From Lingula anatina (lineage: Eukaryota; Animalia; Brachiopoda): 64,000 bases of DNA. Below the pieces are notes generated by a model. That model saw only the letters and a program-made list of their open reading frames with translations. It was not told where the DNA came from and did not search any database. Made by a program: the position numbers and the translations under genes. Below are positions 60,201 through 64,000 of this stretch, in pieces (within the stretch, counting starts at the first letter, position 1; every line of letters begins with the position of its first letter). The DNA lies in assembly GCA_051362555.1 (NCBI GenBank), contig CM120646.1, positions 1,178,001 to 1,242,000 on the forward strand, written 5' to 3'.

Positions 60201-62234
60201 ACCTCCACTTCATCCCATATACATAGAATGTGTTTCTTTCCTCCAGGTTGAGTCCCTGTTAGATGACCAGGACTTCAAGGCCAAAGTGACCAGAGAAGAG
60301 CTGGAGGAGATGTCCCAGGACATGCTGGACAGAGTGGCCAAACCTATAGAGGACGCTCTCAAGGTGTCACAGATGACCATGGTGAGGGGTTTTGTTAATT
60401 TGTTTAAGAATTCTCAGGACAGAAAATAAAGTCGAGTTTTTTTTAACTAACACTTTGGTATTCAGTTTTATTCTTAAAAATGTATTTATCAAACTTTCTA
60501 TATTGATGGTAAAACTCGTTAAATATAAATTTTATCTTCTCCAGACCTGTGTTTATAAGGTCCCCAATTCATTCCTTTCTCCCTGTGTCTTACAACCCCA
60601 AGCCGCGTCTCAATATATATCTATAGAGCTTAATGATATGAATTGCTTCACAGTAAAGTCAGGGCTCTAGAACAGAGATTTCACATTTTGTTTCATCACT
60701 GCCATACTAAGTGATTCAAGAAAGCTTGCTTTTTCCAAATCAAAAGTAAAAATGTCTACACAGTTTTTTATGTCTTTTATGTCTTTTATCTGGTATTTAA
60801 CCCCAAGTATTTTAACTGTGTATTCTCAGGGGGAGATCAAGGAGGTGATTTTGATGGGGGGAGGGACCAGAATGCCCAAGGTCCAGGAACTCATCTCCAA
60901 GGCTACAGGAAGGTATGTGAAAACTGTCTTCCCTCACTATGTAGTGAAGTCATAAGTCCAGTGACATATACAGTGAACCAGTAGTTCTGTAAAGATTTTT
61001 TGTGACAAAAAAGGGTTTGACATCAAAATTTATCAGTGAGTACCTCTAATAATTATTAGTTGATGATAAAATAACTATGTTATGATATATCATGGGTGTG
61101 TATTTTGCTTTCGTTACTATGGTGAGGGAATTTTGAGGATTGCATCCTTCCATCTGTCATTTGTCACATCAAAACCTTGTAAAGCAATAATTGTGTCACT
61201 GAGTACCCACAAAACTCTGAACACAAAGTCTTTCATAAGAACAGTGTACAGATTTGTGTAAATGCCATGAATTTGACCTGGACGCACAACCTCGACCTAG
61301 ATGCACATATTACCTTCACCTAATTACATGGCACTGATATATATTGGATTCTGTCCCGTATCATATAAATATATGTATGCAAATAAATAGCACTGAAGTA
61401 CATCAGTCATGTTTCTCTCCTCCAGACAGGAGCTTGGCAAGAGCATCAACACAGACGAGGCTGCTGCGCTGGGAGCTGTCTACCAGGCCGCTTTCCTCAG
61501 CAAAGGATACAGAGTCAAGAAATTCCTGGTCAAAGATGCTAATCTTTACCCTATACAGGTGAGATAATGCAGGCTTCTTTCGGTTACCTGCAGTGTGATA
61601 CACCTGAGCTTCATGTGAAAGCTTGAAAGCTGTTTATGCTCTTGGCCCATGAAATTCACCTGTTAATGAAATTAAAGTATTTAAACAAAATGCTTATATA
61701 TCTAAAATAACGTTGTAGCTCATGTGTTCATAGTTTTATTTTGATTTTCCGTTTTGGAAAAAATGCATTTTATATTTGTTTTTCAGAAATAAAACTTGCT
61801 GATAATTAATCTCACAGTGCAAAAAATGATATACATTTAGTGTAAATAATTAATCACATGTAGCTTTGATATATATTATAGACACCATTAAAGTCTACAC
61901 AAATTTATAAGATGGCTGTCTTATGAAAATGTTTTATAAAGCCATGGTAAACTGTTTTGATACCAAATCATTTGTCGCACAGGTTGAGTTTGAGCGACAG
62001 AAGGAGGGAGAGGCTGTCAAGACAATCAAACGTACCCTGTTTGGCCGTATGAATCCTTACCCACAGAAGAAAGTAATGACGTTCAACAAGCACACAGAGG
62101 ACTTTCATTTCCGTGTTAACTATGGGGACCTTAGCTACCTGGAGGAGGTGGATGTCAAGTAAGTGAAGAAATTGGAATTTTGTTTTTTGGGGAGTTTGAA
62201 AAGAGAAAGTTTGTGTGTTAATGTGTACACATGC

Positions 62235-62304
<70 letters not shown>

Positions 62305-63166
62305 TAGAAGACAGACAGAGAGAGAGAGAGAGAGATTCCCATTTCCAGGAGGAAAATTCCTATTCTGAATTAAACATGTATATTTAACTTATTTTCAGGA
62401 ATTTTGATTCCCTGAATCTGACCAAAGTGACTTTGAAAGGAGTCAAAGCTGCCCATGAGAAGCACAGTAAAGATGCTGAGAGCAAGGGAGTCAAGGCACA
62501 CTTCAGAATGGACGAGAGTGGAATTCTAACTCTTGACAGGGTCAGTTGATAATATGAAGAGCTTCTGATATTTATCATTCCACTTTAGACTCTTTCCTCC
62601 TTTTTCATTTATAAAAATTATAACATCAAGAGAATCATGAACCCTTGGCCCCAGGCCTGAAATACTGAATTGATGACCTTTGAACTTGAAAAACTAACAA
62701 AGCCGATTTTAGCATTCTACAGACCACTACTGTACTGCAAGTTTTTAATGCAGTGGCATTTGTTTTAAACAGTCAGTCAATATTTATTTTTTACCTTCAC
62801 CAGGTGGAATCAGTTTATGAAAAAGCTCCTCCTCCGGAAGAAGAATCTACCCTAGCAAGTAAGGGACATTTTTACCATAAGATAATGTTTTTTTTTTTAC
62901 CACTTAAACTCACAGAATTACTTTTGTTTTGAATAAAGTTTTCATTCAAATGTATATTTTACTAAAATGAATTGGTTTCATGCAAAAGTTTAATCAGTGA
63001 ATTTATGTCTGGAGTTTTTTTTTCAGAGCTTGGTAACACCATTTCCAACTTTTTCTCTGGTAAGAGTGAGGAGGAAGGAAATGTTGAAGACAGCAAAGAG
63101 AAAGATGACAAAGGGAAGGAGAACGGAGGAGAAAAATCTACGGACAGTAAAGATGACACATCAGAG
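54221..63166 (+). CDS. HYOU1: Hypoxia up-regulated protein 1 (GRP170/ORP150, ER Hsp70-family chaperone/NEF); the 3' part lies beyond the window
   Basis: Exons 54221-54284, 54473-54534, 54890-54921, 55178-55256, 55494-55645, 57368-57444, 57947-58075, 58523-58627, 59169-59241, 59743-59929, 60247-60381, 60830-60912, 61426-61558, 61983-62158, 62399-62540, 62804-62858, 63027-63166. Signal peptide, [94 protein letters not shown]. Confidence 0.96.
55881..56094 (-). mobile_element. PIF/Harbinger-like MITE, copy 2 (TSD CAA)
   Basis: GGGTGTATTCCCAGAG ... CTCTGGGAATGGGGTC flanked by CAA/CAA; reverse-complement homologue of 50956-51170. Confidence 0.85.
56162..56338 (+). mobile_element. CAGG-ended MITE with poly-G, copy 2 (5-bp TSD TTAAA)
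   Basis: TIR CAGGCCCGTAG/CTACGGGCCTG; TTAAA on both flanks; same internal sequence as 28432-28612. Confidence 0.85.
62236..62332. repeat. (AG)n microsatellite
   Basis: Direct reading. Confidence 0.95.
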
Positions 63167-64000
63167 GTGAGAACTTTTAGATGATATTTTAAATTTGATG
63201 AAAAATAAAGGAGTAACTTAAAGCTGCAGCAAATTGAATGGCTTTATATGCAGCTTCCACTTCCTTAGTTGAAGCTTGCTAGAATAATTTATTTTCAATA
63301 TTAGGTTATATTGTTTTAAGTTAGAGGGCAAATTTTTTGTTTATTTAATTTCTTAATTTACTTTGTTTTTGGCGCATTGAAAAAATATAAGAAGATCAAA
63401 ATTTCTAACAATAGAAATTGAAATTGAATTTGAATATAATACTAAAGCTTTATCTATAGCATGTAATTGCATGTTAACTTATGTTATCTCATCAGCCTAA
63501 ATTTTATTTTTTGATAAATGTTTGACATACAAGTACAAGCTAAAGAATTTTGATGCAAAGTAAAAAATAAATGGGCTTTTGTGAATGATTTAATAATTTA
63601 AGAATTTGAAAAAATTCAGATTCCAATTTAAGTATACCCTCTCTTAGACACTAACCTTCAGTCACGAAGTAACAAATTGCTGCTCACAAATCTCGGTCTT
63701 GGATAATTATGGTCAGCATATGTTTTCTCTAAACCTCATTCTTAAGACCGCTTTTTGCATTCCTGTTGTTAACATATGCTAGACTTGTCTGTTCTTCAAA
63801 TCTCTGTATGTAAATTTTCCTGTTTAGCTCACAGTTTAACTCAAACAATGGTATTATGTTAAATAGATCTCTGGCGACATCCTTTCTGATTGTGCCTCAT
63901 TATAGACCAACACATGGTCCTGGATTTAAGACCCTAACTTATTTTCATACATAATATACATATATATTATAACCCACTTTGCTTGCTTTTATTGTTTTTT

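Overview
AT-rich, intron-rich animal genomic DNA (invertebrate; lophotrochozoan/mollusc-like by inference only). Gene models were assembled by hand from splice signals and phase continuity. They are: a probable first exon of an unidentified minus-strand gene (2231-2382) head-to-head with prefoldin subunit 5 (PFDN5, +, 2938-4818, containing a U12-type intron); a complete 33-coding-exon TRPM2-like channel with a NUDT9-H domain (-, 26765-6621); a 4-exon FABP/iLBP gene (+, 31128-38855); a J-domain plus double C2HC zinc-finger gene (-, 46012-41352), with a 5'-truncated Rex1/CR1-group LINE upstream; and the 5' part of HYOU1/GRP170 (+, from 54221 to beyond the window end) with an ERSE-like promoter element. 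Many MITEs are present, including a Kolobok-like element, CAG-ended elements with 5-bp TSDs and Harbinger-like elements with 3-bp TSDs. The top finding is a pair of tandemly duplicated, frame-enforced mutually exclusive exons encoding two different TRP helices (WKFQR vs WHYQR) in the TRPM2-like gene, with RBFOX/QKI motifs between them. Also notable are a NUDT9-H with an intact Nudix box but no AGDD aspartates, and a ~440-nt double-rod structured segment (51959-52395) of unknown nature.
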